NCBI GenBank assembly: GCA_000002435.2
Contig: CM018792.1
Source of the DNA: Giardia intestinalis
Taxonomy: Eukaryota
DNA: 64,000 nucleotides
Reading direction: 5' to 3' (one strand)
Shown: one piece after another, positions 21,101-30,408 of the stretch
Numbering within the stretch: position 1 is the first letter of the stretch
How the letters are laid out: each line of letters starts with the position of its first letter
The notes under the pieces: generated by a model
Seen by the model: only the letters and a program-made list of their open reading frames with translations
Databases searched by the model: none
Told to the model about the DNA's origin: nothing
Position numbers and translations under genes: made by a program

Positions 21101-22721
21101 TTAAAAACGTTAACATCTCATAAGGAACATATGAATATGCGCATGTTCTCCTCTTCGTTGCAGTAGAAGAAGGTTGTGGGCCCACTAAATAGATGCTTTC
21201 AAGGAGCACTCGAATGAAGATGACTTCCGACGAGAGAGGGAGGATGGAGCGTTGCACAACAGTTAGCTGTGTCTGTAGGTCGCGTCCTATTATGTTCTTA
21301 ACAGGCGGAAAGGCCTCAATGACATCTTTGTACGGGCTTTGATTGATGAATGGATTCTTCTCTAGGAATTCTAACAGCTCGTGGGTCATGACAGCGTCGG
21401 CAGCTGCTCCGCGCCAATAGTAACCGGAAATCATAACAATGTTAGTATCCCTCTCTGCTTCTGCTTCTGCTTCTGCCGCTTCCTCAACCTCTGTTTCTGC
21501 CCTCAGTCTTACTTCAGTTCCCAGATCAGTAGTCACGCAGTTGGTAAGACACAGAGCTGCGTAGTCCTCAAGCGTAAGCGGTGATAGTGTCGCCAACGTA
21601 GGAGATGACCAGTCAGCAATGGAGGAATACTCATTGAAAATGCCCGAACTAAGAAACCAGATAAAGAGGGGATGTATAGACGTGTGTAGCTCATCGATGG
21701 GTGGCACAGAAAATGTGATATTCTGTATCATGTACATAATTAGCTTAGAGAAGAGGGCGTCGACATTCGAGGCACGGATTGTTGAAAGCTGGCCAGTCTG
21801 AAGCGAACTGAGTGGTAAGGTGGGGGGTAGACTAAAGAGCCAGTCCAAATATGCTAGCGATAGAATAAATTCATCTCCAATGGAGCACACAGGTTGAGCA
21901 TCGAGAACGGCCATCTCCGCTGACAGAAAGAGTCTGTTGAGCTCTGTATGAGAATTAGAGCGTAGAATGCTTTTCTGGATAAATGGTAATAGCTTTTCGG
22001 TTAGGTTATCAAGTAGATTTCTGCCCGAGTTGATACGTGAAAACAAATCCATCACAAAGCTCTTCTCTTTTGGCCTTTTGGACACAGGTAGTTCTTCCAG
22101 TGCTTTTTCAATGATATAAACCTCATAAATTTCCTGATAAAGGGGAAGCATGTGGCCCATATCACGGAGAGACTTAACTCCTTTCAGATTGATGTGGAGA
22201 TCTTCCTCGTAAAGCACACTTAAGACATCATCTGATCGCACACTGTATAAGAAATCTTTGTGAGACTTTGGGAGCCTCTTATAGTAGGTGAGGAGTAGCT
22301 TTTCTGAATAGTAGAAGGTGCCCCAGTCAGAAAGCTCACCAGAGGGGGTCCCCAATTCATTAGTTTGGAGCATCATGCCATCATCGAAATGCGCATTTAT
22401 CGGTGAAAACTCTGGCTTTTCTCCGCCAACAACTGTCCTCATCAGATGTTTAAACCATTTTCTAAATGATATCTCGTACATGGTGTCACTAGTTAAGGAA
22501 CGCATGGGGAGCTTCATATCCGTATCATGAAGATGCTGAGATCCACTAAGAACAGATTTGTCCAGTTCAACTAGGTTATTAAAAATGAGGTCGGCTGCAA
22601 TCTTTTTTAGCTTGGGGCTTGGCAACCTATCTACTTGCTCTGGTTCTGATGCTACTATATTGAGCTGAGGGTTATCTAAGGGAGTACTAGAGGGCACAGC
22701 TATCGGGGAGTCTGGGTTCAT
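18147..22721 (-). CDS. giant hypothetical protein, 1524 aa
   Basis: An uninterrupted 4.6 kb ORF with the initiator caaaaaATG. The protein is Leu-rich and helical, with an EAEAEAE stretch. No domain recognised. Confidence 0.7.
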   Translation of the reverse strand: MNPDSPIAVPSSTPLDNPQLNIVASEPEQVDRLPSPKLKKIAADLIFNNLVELDKSVLSGSQHLHDTDMKLPMRSLTSDTMYEISFRKWFKHLMRTVVGGEKPEFSPINAHFDDGMMLQTNELGTPSGELSDWGTFYYSEKLLLTYYKRLPKSHKDFLYSVRSDDVLSVLYEEDLHINLKGVKSLRDMGHMLPLYQEIYEVYIIEKALEELPVSKRPKEKSFVMDLFSRINSGRNLLDNLTEKLLPFIQKSILRSNSHTELNRLFLSAEMAVLDAQPVCSIGDEFILSLAYLDWLFSLPPTLPLSSLQTGQLSTIRASNVDALFSKLIMYMIQNITFSVPPIDELHTSIHPLFIWFLSSGIFNEYSSIADWSSPTLATLSPLTLEDYAALCLTNCVTTDLGTEVRLRAETEVEEAAEAEAEAERDTNIVMISGYYWRGAAADAVMTHELLEFLEKNPFINQSPYKDVIEAFPPVKNIIGRDLQTQLTVVQRSILPLSSEVIFIRVLLESIYLVGPQPSSTATKRRTCAYSYVPYEMLTFLSPSSAPGLHWDQSIYILIRHVLDYIIVRDVNKGLVYSAIYNRFMQFYEQCLKEVSNCQNKSPEQLDDIFEAQLNDIFNLEIFKEKIYFKQSPQSQPLAIPANASRYFSTLIVRGVLSRLPAHSKVLVKLLLHIAISFMVYLRVIADYQLYVNTPEPLMSDPSTTFSRMTARLSHTPSWRMFLLVVDSFARFLASGQLKVDVLDMFFITHMNYKDCVDTFELDSVFEEDAVISPEAAKNAQDLTKLILTRTLQIFYTQFMREEAQWAIQRGVPTRKLDQLVHILHSSHPVIFYFYNLTVLLRAYEQDSTKPIISKSIPSSDLPYVVKYLQSLLPDVKFYKQTAGPHDVESCIYAVSAAKTLIVPLPLPLDGSNKASARFAYRISQAQSAPANKDSVPLEDISSRWSVLKEVQQSWTCIYLRHKSIYTLDPIREENLAIYLLYRVVYNMVICRAHGNISVIEKILTSKVLPDKYLHNNQLFNSIDFAYIRKYIAESNRLADELELRVQRTYKSCSLGILDLFSQSLLPVAVDFTFKDCVRSAVLRALMLRLITLFDADLSTLDFSPLWAKSPSKKDASVLPRDIQEEPYVFGGDLIMQHSSDNTAEEVDSKIESRRDDVGSTTLEENSVTPSSFPSNEDHPVASDDILSLAVVLDSLQSLHKADLPSFVFKHFAQCSQPYPAPQWNLNFVDPTLLAFHQQQSLSLKCLLFPGFYLPHELSLLLTAISELGQARYVVGLEDADYTPVAISFALLVQCFLSHLPAGDLLLLLIACTGASICHTFSNKLYLEMCLQYPIFHQLLSTRILEDILAYLPENLFELLGLSLEYVDPVAYLRSNDANTATDLTADQQELLELMVRAIGLHPSCVTLLRLLPGGVCSFFDSLKATCGSFPKIAVIVAKQGIPDSSTVSVPNSQHGEVISLKDVPFRDLIDRINGLLASGLSGRHVAACLGLKNLEADLSRNACLQNLAFVYSALQILVVCSMYR

Positions 22722-22727
22722 TTTTTG

Positions 22728-23237
22728 ATGGGCACCTTTGATACTTGCTACGGAGACTTACTGGACTATGCTGCCAAGGGATGTTTTGATGTGATTGTTC
22801 ACGGGTGCAATTGCTTCTGTACAATGGGCGGTGGAATCGCAGCCTCTATTAGTTCCCGCTTTCCGGCTGCACTGAAGGCCGACAGTGAGACTGCTGAGGG
22901 GGATAGGAGCAAGCTGGGATCATATACTTCGGCCACCGTTGCTATAGGCTCCACAACAAAGACAAATCGAATGGCTCTTACCGTCGTGAATGCTTATACG
23001 CAATACATGTACAGGCCAACCAGAGAAACGCCCATTCCATGCGACTATGATGCAATTGATAAGGTAATGGCGCGCATCAATCAAGATTTTGCCGGAAAGT
23101 CCATCGGTCTACCACAGTTAGGGGCAGGGCTCGCGGGTGGCGACTGGAAGACAATTGAGGAAATTATTAGGAAGCGATTGCATTCCTGTCACATAACTAT
23201 TGTGTTGTTTAAAGCGTCGCAGACGCCCTCTGAGTGA
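22728..23237 (+). CDS. macro-domain (ADP-ribose-binding/processing) protein, about 169 aa
   Basis: DVIVHGCNCFCTMGGGIAASI and IGLPQLGAGLAGG match the macro-domain motifs (VVNAAN...GGGV and ISTGIYG). The TGA stop is embedded in AGTGAAC at 23233-23239. The ATG lies only 6 bp from the divergent start of the 1524 aa gene. Confidence 0.7.
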   Translation: MGTFDTCYGDLLDYAAKGCFDVIVHGCNCFCTMGGGIAASISSRFPAALKADSETAEGDRSKLGSYTSATVAIGSTTKTNRMALTVVNAYTQYMYRPTRETPIPCDYDAIDKVMARINQDFAGKSIGLPQLGAGLAGGDWKTIEEIIRKRLHSCHITIVLFKASQTPSE

Positions 23238-23304
23238 ACTTCTGCTGAGTTTCTGGTTTGAAGAATTCAAAAAGTTTAGCTTTGATCGGTACTTGTACTT
23301 TCCA

Positions 23305-25353
23305 ATGGGCAACCTTACTCTCGATGACTGGTTCGATGCAGTTACCAATGCAGATATCTTCAAGATCAATGTCATGTTTGGTAAGTACGCTTGTAGCCGT
23401 GACGCTAATGGAGACACTGCACTTCTGCGGGCTGTCCGGGCAGGAAATGAGACGCTTGTGAAACTATTGTTAGCAAAGGAGGGTGAGATGGTCGATAAGA
23501 ACGGCTTTGGCGCTTTACTTTTGGCTGCGCAGCTGGACCGCGCCCGCATAGCGATTCTTTTAGCGAAAGTAATACCTGACCAGACAACACCGGATGGGAT
23601 GAATGCGTTAATGGTTGCTGCAGCCAATTCATCCATGAACACTGCTCAGGCCATTCTGCCGCATTTCGCCAACGTAGCAGATGACAATGGTTTGTTTGCC
23701 GTGAACCACGCAGTATCATCCGGCTCTCTGGAGATGGTTAAGCTTATCTGCAAGCGGTTTCCCCCAGCAGGTGATGCTCTACACAGAGCACTTAATCTTG
23801 CACGTACAGCGGCATACATTGAAATTACACACTACTTAGAAGGATTTGTACAATCAAGTACAGCCTCGTCTATCGGCCCCAGTGTTTGCTTGTCATCTAG
23901 CAATGTCTCAATGCCATTTGGGACCGTTATCAACGGGGTATATGATGCAAGTCAACCCAGTGTAATTAATGATATGAGAGACCAGTTGAATCACATGAAC
24001 GTCAGCATTTCCAGACTTGCCGAGCCGAACTCTGTCTCAGAAAGCTCTCTACTATCCACTCTTCTTCTCTCGACTGGTGGTGCACCCGTGGATGCGTGGG
24101 CCTCTCTCAACACTGCTCCACAGTTTCTGGATGCACTCACTGGCGCAGCTGTGCTTACCACTGATAATGGGACAGTCATAACAGCGGGGGAGCTCTTAAA
24201 GGAGCTAAATTCACTGCATATGGAGCTCGAAAAAAAGGACCTGGCACTAGCACGACAGGGTATGGAGGTAGAGTCTCTACGAGAGCAGCTTAATCAACTT
24301 GCGACCAAAACGGGGTCCGCTGACCTTTCAGAGTTTTTGTCGCACTTTGACCAGAGACTTTTTCAGGAGTCTGCTGAAGGAACGCTTCCATTGTCAACTG
24401 AACAAGAACTTTTATCGGAACTGAAGCAGCACATTAATAGTCTTGCAGTGTCAGCTGACTCATTGGCCTTGAAGTACGTATCAACTAAGCTTCCGGGTCA
24501 TATGAAGGAAGAATCCAATCAGGAGCTTGATAAAGATATGCACGAGCTCAACCAGCACACAGCAGAAGCCTTAGAGGCCATCGATATGTTGCAGTGTAGT
24601 CCTGGTTCCAGACACGGTAGCTCCCTGCTTGGTATCGATGGAACTTGTCTTAGAGCCTCCGGGCTTACACCTCTCATGCGAGCAGTTATTTCTGGTAAAG
24701 ATCTCGACCCGATAAAAATGCAAGAGTTTGCAGGAAAGGTCACTAGCGACGGAACCACTGCACTCATGCTTGCCGTGCAGTGTGGCAACATAGGCGCTGT
24801 GACAGCGTTAGCTTCCTTAGAAGCAGGCATGGTGCGTGCAGATAAAAAGACTGCTCTGGCGTTAGCTATTCAGAATGACTTCTATGAAGCAATCAAAATA
24901 CTTCTGCCTTTGGAAGGCATAGACATTTCGCAAAACAATGTAATAGCGACTGATAACCAGAAGAATCCACTGACGCTTGCTGCAGAGCAAGGGGACATTA
25001 TAGCAGTCTATTGCTATCGAAGCCTATTCGCTCGTCTGCACGATGAGTATGGTCAGACAGCTCTCATGCATGCAGCCAGTGTCGGAGAAGAGAGGGTAAT
25101 AGATTTGCTTATTGACTATGAGTGCGGAATGCAGACACCAGAGGGCATCACTGCACTGATGTTAGCTGCTCAGCGCGGGCACATCGGCTGTGTCGAAAGG
25201 CTTCTTCCGCATGAGCGTAATTTGCGTGACAATAATGGTAATACTGCTTTACACTACGCCACGAAGTTGGCTCAGTATGACAGGACAGACGCTGAGCTAC
25301 ACAGTTCCTTAGTGAGTCTCCTGAGCGAGAATACTGATTCCACCGTAAATTAG
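23305..25353 (+). CDS. ankyrin-repeat protein (Giardia protein 21.1-like) with a central coiled coil, about 682 aa
   Basis: Repeated ankyrin units (GDTALLRAVRAGN, TALMLAVQCGN, TALMHAASVGE, TALMLAAQRGH and others). The first ATG is at 23305; the ORF tool started at an upstream TTG. Confidence 0.85.
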   Translation: MGNLTLDDWFDAVTNADIFKINVMFGKYACSRDANGDTALLRAVRAGNETLVKLLLAKEGEMVDKNGFGALLLAAQLDRARIAILLAKVIPDQTTPDGMNALMVAAANSSMNTAQAILPHFANVADDNGLFAVNHAVSSGSLEMVKLICKRFPPAGDALHRALNLARTAAYIEITHYLEGFVQSSTASSIGPSVCLSSSNVSMPFGTVINGVYDASQPSVINDMRDQLNHMNVSISRLAEPNSVSESSLLSTLLLSTGGAPVDAWASLNTAPQFLDALTGAAVLTTDNGTVITAGELLKELNSLHMELEKKDLALARQGMEVESLREQLNQLATKTGSADLSEFLSHFDQRLFQESAEGTLPLSTEQELLSELKQHINSLAVSADSLALKYVSTKLPGHMKEESNQELDKDMHELNQHTAEALEAIDMLQCSPGSRHGSSLLGIDGTCLRASGLTPLMRAVISGKDLDPIKMQEFAGKVTSDGTTALMLAVQCGNIGAVTALASLEAGMVRADKKTALALAIQNDFYEAIKILLPLEGIDISQNNVIATDNQKNPLTLAAEQGDIIAVYCYRSLFARLHDEYGQTALMHAASVGEERVIDLLIDYECGMQTPEGITALMLAAQRGHIGCVERLLPHERNLRDNNGNTALHYATKLAQYDRTDAELHSSLVSLLSENTDSTVN

Positions 25354-25555
25354 CGACATCACTTGCATTTTCACATTCATGTAAACTGTCCTAGGTAGTG
25401 AAGGAAGAAGTTCGCATGGACGGTAGCTAGGACTATGTGCTGAGGGGTCTGACTACTCAGGGTGCTTTTCTGATCCTCTCGTCCATCAACGATGCGGCAG
25501 CCACCCTTCCTACCCTTTGCTTCCCGAGAGAAAATTCAAAAATACAACAATTCGC

Positions 25556-28500
25556 ATGCAGTCATCAAACTACACAGAGCCAAACATAGACAGTTGTGAT
25601 GAGGTCTCTATGGAGGGTGACGATAGCACTACCGAATATGTTTCGTATCGCGACGAAGAGACTTTACAAGAGTCGCGCTTTAGCACAGAGGGATATGAAG
25701 TCAGTCCCAGCCGCCAGCAGCCAGAGAGTTTATTGACATCCTTGTGCCCATATAGTGCAGCTGCGCTCGATATCTCTGGAAGCTGCGCAACCCACTCGGT
25801 AACAAACACATATCTGGACGCGCCCATGACCTCGATTCTCGAAAAACTGCAGCAAGTATCTCATGAATATTCTATACCAGAGCTACCCTTACTACTAGAT
25901 GCATATACTATGCACATTCTCGCAGAAGATAGAAGCTCTGGCTCTTATTCGGAACTCAGAGCTCTGCAGGAGGAAAACGAGGCGCTTAAACGGCAGCTTG
26001 AGGCACCATTCAATTCGCGACATACTGAAGAATTAGCACTTATAGTTGCCTTTAAGCAGGTGATGGAAGAGAAGGATAATGAGATAAGTGCCTTGAAGTT
26101 GAGACTTAGCGAGTTAAGTAGCCAGGCTATTAGCTCAAACGGTTGTGCTCCAAGTGCAGTGAAGGAGGATCCTTCTATTACTTCTGTTAACTATATCTCT
26201 CCGCCGGGTTTACTAGCAGACGAGCAGAGCTCAGCGGTGTTGCTGAGCGCCCTTGAACAACTGGCTTTTGTGCAATCTGATATCATTGGGTGGATGGATT
26301 CCATTCCGCAGCAATTTGCAGACACAGTAGCTGACCCTCTTAAGTCAAGCGTTGAGGCATTGCTCCATAGTTTGAATCTGTCATGTGAAGGCACCAATTC
26401 CATGATGGGTCTAATCGCCCTTTTGCTCGACACTGTTTCGCAGAAGCCACAAGGCGTAACTATGGAAGAAATAGCGCATGGATTTGAGCAGTATATTAGC
26501 GCGTCCAGAGCCCTGACGCAACATCTTCGGGTGTTCACGAACGTCTCAAATGCATCCTCGCCTATTCCAACGAATGCTGATGTAGAAAGGGAGATGGACG
26601 AGGCCAAGCACCTTAAAAAGATGGCAATTATGGCACTAGTAGAAGCGCAGAATGCTAGGAAGGCCATTGAGGATAAACAAAAGGAGTTGGCCACAAAGGA
26701 AGAAGAGCTCGAGGCTGCCCACGCATCTGCGTCTGCACTGCTCCAGGCCGCACAGTTAAAGCAGCCTTCTGAGATGCCGTTACCAACACCACCACTAGAA
26801 CAGACAGCGGCAAGTGACAGAGAAAATTGCAAGACGCCTACTGAGGATAACTGGGTAGAAAAAGCTGCTGAGGGTTCACTGACTGAATCTGAACAGTATT
26901 CTGGCTACCTCAAAGACATGGATGTCATTCTGGACTTGATACTCTGTATTCGAGATGCACTTTTCTCAGATAATGCTGTGCAGGCCCGGCTATCCGAAGC
27001 TTCTATTGTAGACCAATCTTACTCTAAAGATCCTCTGCAGCAATCTATTGATTCTGCATCAGCCATGCTCCTGTCTATTTTTAAGGCCCTTACTTCCGAT
27101 ATACCTGACCAACGCTCTACGCAAAGCAGCAGTGCCTCTGAGATAGATGAGGAGTGCATGCAGTCACTTGGAAAGAGGCCTACAATGGCGTCCGAAATGA
27201 TCTCAACTATCTCTAAGGTTTCTCAACAAAACCTAGAGGTTGCCGTGCCTTACACATGCGCCGCTAAGCCTGAGACAGTTAGCGAAGAGCTAGACGAGGT
27301 TATTCTATTGAAGAAGGAGCTTCTATCACGTAACGAGGTTATCCAATTAATGATACAAAAGCTTGAACAAAAGGACAGAGATATTAGTCGACTAACGCAG
27401 CAACTAACAGCCTCTGCTGATGGGCTAACACGGAGTCTCAGTGTTGAGCGCTTTGGGGAGCCCATTTCGCTAGAACCCAACAAAAGCACTGATGACTTAA
27501 TCAATGAATTTACTCTTGCCACAGACACGGCCTCTACCAGTTCTACACTAGTGAAACTACGGTTTGATGTGACGGCCAAGCTATCTATGATGGAAAAGCT
27601 GATGAATTCTCAGGGTATAACGGATAAGGGCTCTCTATTTTCACTGGTTAACCACTATCTGAGTCTAATAGAGGCGTCTGATAACCCTCAGTATGCTCTT
27701 CCTATAGATGGTGGGCTAGATAAAGCCACTGAAAAGCAGCCTCTTGACAATTTTGTGTGCTGGACTGAAGTTGAATCTCCAGTGGCTTCTATTCCAACAA
27801 ACTTCAGGGCCGCGCTGGGTCCAGCAAATGAGCATACCATTGATGAAGTAGGATATGCAGCCCTTAACTCCAGAGTTGGGAAGATGCACGAATGGCACAT
27901 TCCTATCCGCTGTGACAAAGGTACAGACCCTGACGGAGACTTTGTCGATGCCGATACACCAATCTCTACAAACCCCACTGTGGACTGGCAAACACATCAG
28001 AAGCAGCTTAGCGATTTGAAAGAACAAATTGCTCTACTCCAAGGAAAGGTTGACTCTGCAAACGAACGGGCCCATCAGGCAGAGCTTAAACTAGAGAGCG
28101 ATTCTCGATTTGTTGACACAGCCACATCTGATCTTATATCTTCCTCCATTGACAATTATAAGAGAGAAATTGAACAGAAAAATGCACGAATACATTACCT
28201 TCAAGCAGCATTGGCTGAATTTACGAGCAAAGAGACTAACAAGACACCCAATCCTGACAGTGGACTACTAGTACAACTAGAAACGATGAAGCAGCTCTTG
28301 GCAACGCAAACAGCGGATTTGAAGAAAGCAAATACAATGTTGGAGATGGAGCAAGAGAAGGCAGCGGACTTATCTGCTAAATTGGTTGCAGCCGAGTTAC
28401 TATCCAGTGAAAAGGAGGACGAATTGGCTAAACACAGATTAAATGAAGATAAATTATTAACGAAGCTTCACGAAAGTGAGGAGCGTGAACTGCTCATTGA

Positions 28501-30385
28501 GAAGCAGACAGCTGAGATAGCTGACCAACGAACAGACCTTTGTGAGCAGACTCGTGAAGTGCAACGTCTGAAGCTTTTGCTATTAGATAGAGACAGTCAA
28601 ATTCAGCGGGTAAGAGATATCAACGAACGACTTGCCGAGAATATTGCTGCTTTAAGAATAGATTTGGAACAGCAGAGACACCTTGGTGGGCCGCAGACGT
28701 CCGAGTCAAGACTCGACTCTTCATACAGGTTGACCTCACAAATCGAAGACTTGAAGCTTGATATTCAGAGGGTTCAAATGGAGCTTACCAGAATGGATAG
28801 AAGCACACAAAACGGTGCCCTGCCTGGGGAGTCTAACGATGATTCTTGGAACAGTGACTTTGTCTCTCGTGAACAGCTGATACAGATGTTAGTTGAGCGT
28901 GATATGAAGATTGCCGCAATATTAGAGGAAAAGGCATCTCAAGAAACACCCAATACCATAGAGCCATCCGACGTGCAGATCAATAAACCAAAAATACGTT
29001 CTCGCCCCCAAAGCTCCAAACGCCCGCTCCAAAACACTCAATTGTCCCAGACCCTGAAGCAGCGGCCTGTATCCTCAAGTTCAACTGCTAATCTATCTCT
29101 AACACAACACGGTAAAAAGGATGCAACAATTAATTCATTAAAGCACCAGCTAATAGCAGCAGAGAAGTCTATTTTTTCTCTAAAGCAGGAGCTGACATCT
29201 GTGAACACCAAGCTTTCACAGGCAAAGGCAGCAGAAATAGCTCTCAAGAAGCTGTTGCATGAAAAGCAGAAGGAAATAGAGGACTTGAAGATTCAGAATA
29301 CAACATTAACTCAAAGGTTGGATAAATGTGACAGGAAAGTAGCTGCTCTGGAAAGCGATAAGTGTGATTTAATGGCGAGGTTAGTCAACGCTACTGACAA
29401 CAGCGATAGCTCACCCCAGGCGCGCCTTCAAAAGCTTCTGAATTCTACGCTCAATAGCAAGGAGGAGCACTTCAGAAGTGAAGGAGGCACGGCGGGGACA
29501 GAAGCGACTGACACTACGCGCCGTGCTAAGATTGGATTCACCCCGCTGATGCACGCGATAACAACGGGCAATCCCGATGAAGTGACGTCTAATCTGGCTT
29601 ATGCCGGATACCATACAACTAACGGAACGACTGCACTAATGTTAGCAGTTGAGTATAATAACGTACAGGCCATTAAGCTATTGTCTCGGATAGAAGCACG
29701 GATGACTCGGGAAGCAGGGGAAACTGCACTTGCAATCGCTCTGGCTAAGGGTAACCTCGCAGCCGCTAAGCTCCTCACGGAAACAGAAGGTTTAAACACA
29801 AGTCACATCAGTCGAACAGGAGGAACAATAACTGAGCTCATGAAGGCGGCGGCAGATAATAATCTCGTCGCAACGTGGTGTTATCTCCCTATTCAGGGAG
29901 GTCTGCATGATCAAGATGGATGTACGGCCCTTATGCATGCTGCAAAAAAGGGAAGCGTAGGAGCTGCACGGTTACTTTGTGATAAGGAGGCAAGAGCACA
30001 GTCAAAACAAGGAGAGACTGCACTGATGTTTGCTGCGATTAACGGGTATACGGAACTGGTTAGAATGCTAAAGGACAGAGAGTGGGGGATGTATAATATT
30101 CACGGAACTACTGCGCTAATGTTCGCGGCACAGTATAATAGGCCACAAATTGTTTCTCTACTCATTGATAAAGAGGCAAGGATGCTAACAAAACGCATTC
30201 ATGAGCACGGCGCCGGGTTCTGTGCCCTAATGGCAGCGAGTCATTACGGAAACATAGAGTGCGCGAAGCTCTTGCTGCCGAAAGAAGCGGATATGAAGCA
30301 GCCAAACGGCAAGACTGCGCTGTCGTATGCCCAAAGTGATGAAATGTGGAACCTGATTAAACATTATAGAAAAGCCCAGATTTGA
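25556..30385 (+). CDS. large coiled-coil protein with a C-terminal ankyrin-repeat array (21.1-like), about 1609 aa
   Basis: Extensive heptad-like Glu/Lys/Leu-rich segments, then TPLMHAITTGN, TALMLAVEYNN, TALMHAAKKGS, TALMFAAINGY and TALMFAAQYNR repeats. The AT-rich leader gagaaaattcaaaaatacaacaattcgcATG lies upstream. Confidence 0.85.
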   Translation: MQSSNYTEPNIDSCDEVSMEGDDSTTEYVSYRDEETLQESRFSTEGYEVSPSRQQPESLLTSLCPYSAAALDISGSCATHSVTNTYLDAPMTSILEKLQQVSHEYSIPELPLLLDAYTMHILAEDRSSGSYSELRALQEENEALKRQLEAPFNSRHTEELALIVAFKQVMEEKDNEISALKLRLSELSSQAISSNGCAPSAVKEDPSITSVNYISPPGLLADEQSSAVLLSALEQLAFVQSDIIGWMDSIPQQFADTVADPLKSSVEALLHSLNLSCEGTNSMMGLIALLLDTVSQKPQGVTMEEIAHGFEQYISASRALTQHLRVFTNVSNASSPIPTNADVEREMDEAKHLKKMAIMALVEAQNARKAIEDKQKELATKEEELEAAHASASALLQAAQLKQPSEMPLPTPPLEQTAASDRENCKTPTEDNWVEKAAEGSLTESEQYSGYLKDMDVILDLILCIRDALFSDNAVQARLSEASIVDQSYSKDPLQQSIDSASAMLLSIFKALTSDIPDQRSTQSSSASEIDEECMQSLGKRPTMASEMISTISKVSQQNLEVAVPYTCAAKPETVSEELDEVILLKKELLSRNEVIQLMIQKLEQKDRDISRLTQQLTASADGLTRSLSVERFGEPISLEPNKSTDDLINEFTLATDTASTSSTLVKLRFDVTAKLSMMEKLMNSQGITDKGSLFSLVNHYLSLIEASDNPQYALPIDGGLDKATEKQPLDNFVCWTEVESPVASIPTNFRAALGPANEHTIDEVGYAALNSRVGKMHEWHIPIRCDKGTDPDGDFVDADTPISTNPTVDWQTHQKQLSDLKEQIALLQGKVDSANERAHQAELKLESDSRFVDTATSDLISSSIDNYKREIEQKNARIHYLQAALAEFTSKETNKTPNPDSGLLVQLETMKQLLATQTADLKKANTMLEMEQEKAADLSAKLVAAELLSSEKEDELAKHRLNEDKLLTKLHESEERELLIEKQTAEIADQRTDLCEQTREVQRLKLLLLDRDSQIQRVRDINERLAENIAALRIDLEQQRHLGGPQTSESRLDSSYRLTSQIEDLKLDIQRVQMELTRMDRSTQNGALPGESNDDSWNSDFVSREQLIQMLVERDMKIAAILEEKASQETPNTIEPSDVQINKPKIRSRPQSSKRPLQNTQLSQTLKQRPVSSSSTANLSLTQHGKKDATINSLKHQLIAAEKSIFSLKQELTSVNTKLSQAKAAEIALKKLLHEKQKEIEDLKIQNTTLTQRLDKCDRKVAALESDKCDLMARLVNATDNSDSSPQARLQKLLNSTLNSKEEHFRSEGGTAGTEATDTTRRAKIGFTPLMHAITTGNPDEVTSNLAYAGYHTTNGTTALMLAVEYNNVQAIKLLSRIEARMTREAGETALAIALAKGNLAAAKLLTETEGLNTSHISRTGGTITELMKAAADNNLVATWCYLPIQGGLHDQDGCTALMHAAKKGSVGAARLLCDKEARAQSKQGETALMFAAINGYTELVRMLKDREWGMYNIHGTTALMFAAQYNRPQIVSLLIDKEARMLTKRIHEHGAGFCALMAASHYGNIECAKLLLPKEADMKQPNGKTALSYAQSDEMWNLIKHYRKAQI

Positions 30386-30408
30386 AAGCTTGGTCTACAA
30401 TCAATGCT

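Noticed and set aside
23200-23304. TTG- and GTG-initiated N-terminal extensions reported by the ORF track (23200, 25517, 35612, 35680, 36714, 42639, 47300, 47529, 58622, 63423, 17721, 22725)
   Set aside because: A eukaryotic nuclear genome is expected to initiate on ATG. In nearly every case the first in-frame ATG is immediately preceded by an AT-rich initiator, so coordinates were trimmed to that ATG.
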